A stretch of 64,000 nt of DNA from Fimicolochytrium jonesii (lineage: Eukaryota), in contig NW_026515689.1 of NCBI RefSeq assembly GCF_025526975.1, forward strand, positions 62,001 to 126,000, given 5' to 3'. A program made the position numbers and the translations under genes. Each line of letters opens with the position of its first letter. Positions within the stretch are counted from its first letter, which is position 1. The notes under the pieces are model-generated. The model searched no databases. It had not been told where the DNA came from and saw nothing but the letters and a program-made list of their open reading frames with translations. This document shows, piece by piece, positions 63,368 to 64,000 of the stretch.

Positions 63368-64000
63368 TGTTGTGGGTGGGGTGTCGGAGTTGGATTGGGG
63401 GATTTTTTGGCGTTGAGAGGGCTGTGCTGGCAGGCCTGGTGCCTTTATATGCGAGTACTGTAAGCCTGTGTTGGGGCAATGGGGCTAACTGTCGTGGTCA
63501 ACCCTAACCCTAAAAACTCCCCAAAATCCTGACTCCCGAAGAAGGCAACTCAATGCAATTTCCAAATGACCGCAATTGCGCAGCCATCTATAACGTTTGT
63601 ACTGTATACCACGGATGCAAGCGGCCTCTCCCATCTTTGTACCGGGGTCTCACGGGCAACTCATCATTACCGGGGAGCAGCTTCAGCCGTTTATCGTGTG
63701 CTGATGGGAGAAGAGGAAGGGCGTCTTGACGCGTAAAACACCATCGACATTCAAACGTTTTGTATTGACCAGACCACCGTTATGTTTACCACTGCCTATG
63801 TACATATTCAAAGGGGTTGCCACATTGGGAGCTGAAGAGCTCTCTGGTATAATACCTGGCTCCGTCAACATTCCTCCCTCCGTTCTCCCTCCGCCCGAAC
63901 TCACCGAATCTGCATACTAGCCCGCTCACTCTCCAATCTCGCATACAGCATATACAACGCCATCTGATTCGCCTCCGGGCTGCCCTCCACAGTAACAAGC

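Noticed and set aside
63500..63513. Telomere-like AACCCT repeat
   Set aside because: Only two units, which is compatible with chance.

Overview
Gene-dense, GC-rich eukaryotic DNA with many short GT-AG introns. It is most likely a zoosporic (chytrid-like) fungus: fungal-type housekeeping genes occur together with a SAS-4/CPAP-type centriole gene and an MCU. About 20 apparently intact host genes are present, including DNAJC3-like, URA4, Sel1-repeat, MCU, a CE1 esterase, TTC1-like, an SLC25 carrier, MFS, AAA ATPase, GDSL, GUF1, a pseudokinase, SAS-4, MAD1, CRAL-TRIO/GOLD, GT32 and GNAT. Decaying accessory patches interrupt them. The most interesting patch (~25.3-29.7 kb) encodes a TET/JBP-type 2OG-Fe(II) dioxygenase. 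A PHD finger lies upstream in the same frame, the ORF carries an in-frame 8 x 117-bp tandem amplification, and a broken paralog with the same intron lies 5.5 kb downstream. A second patch (55.4-60 kb) holds a frameshifted intronless hybrid histidine kinase, a possible PemK/MazF-like ORF and a chromodomain whose start is overwritten by a 42-bp copy of kinase sequence. Other notable signals are a probable 1-nt microexon, a pseudoknot-like element after the MCU stop, GNA mini-hairpin clusters in long introns, and alternating C-rich/G-rich blocks across host genes. All calls are by eye from motifs and splice signals; no database searches were run.
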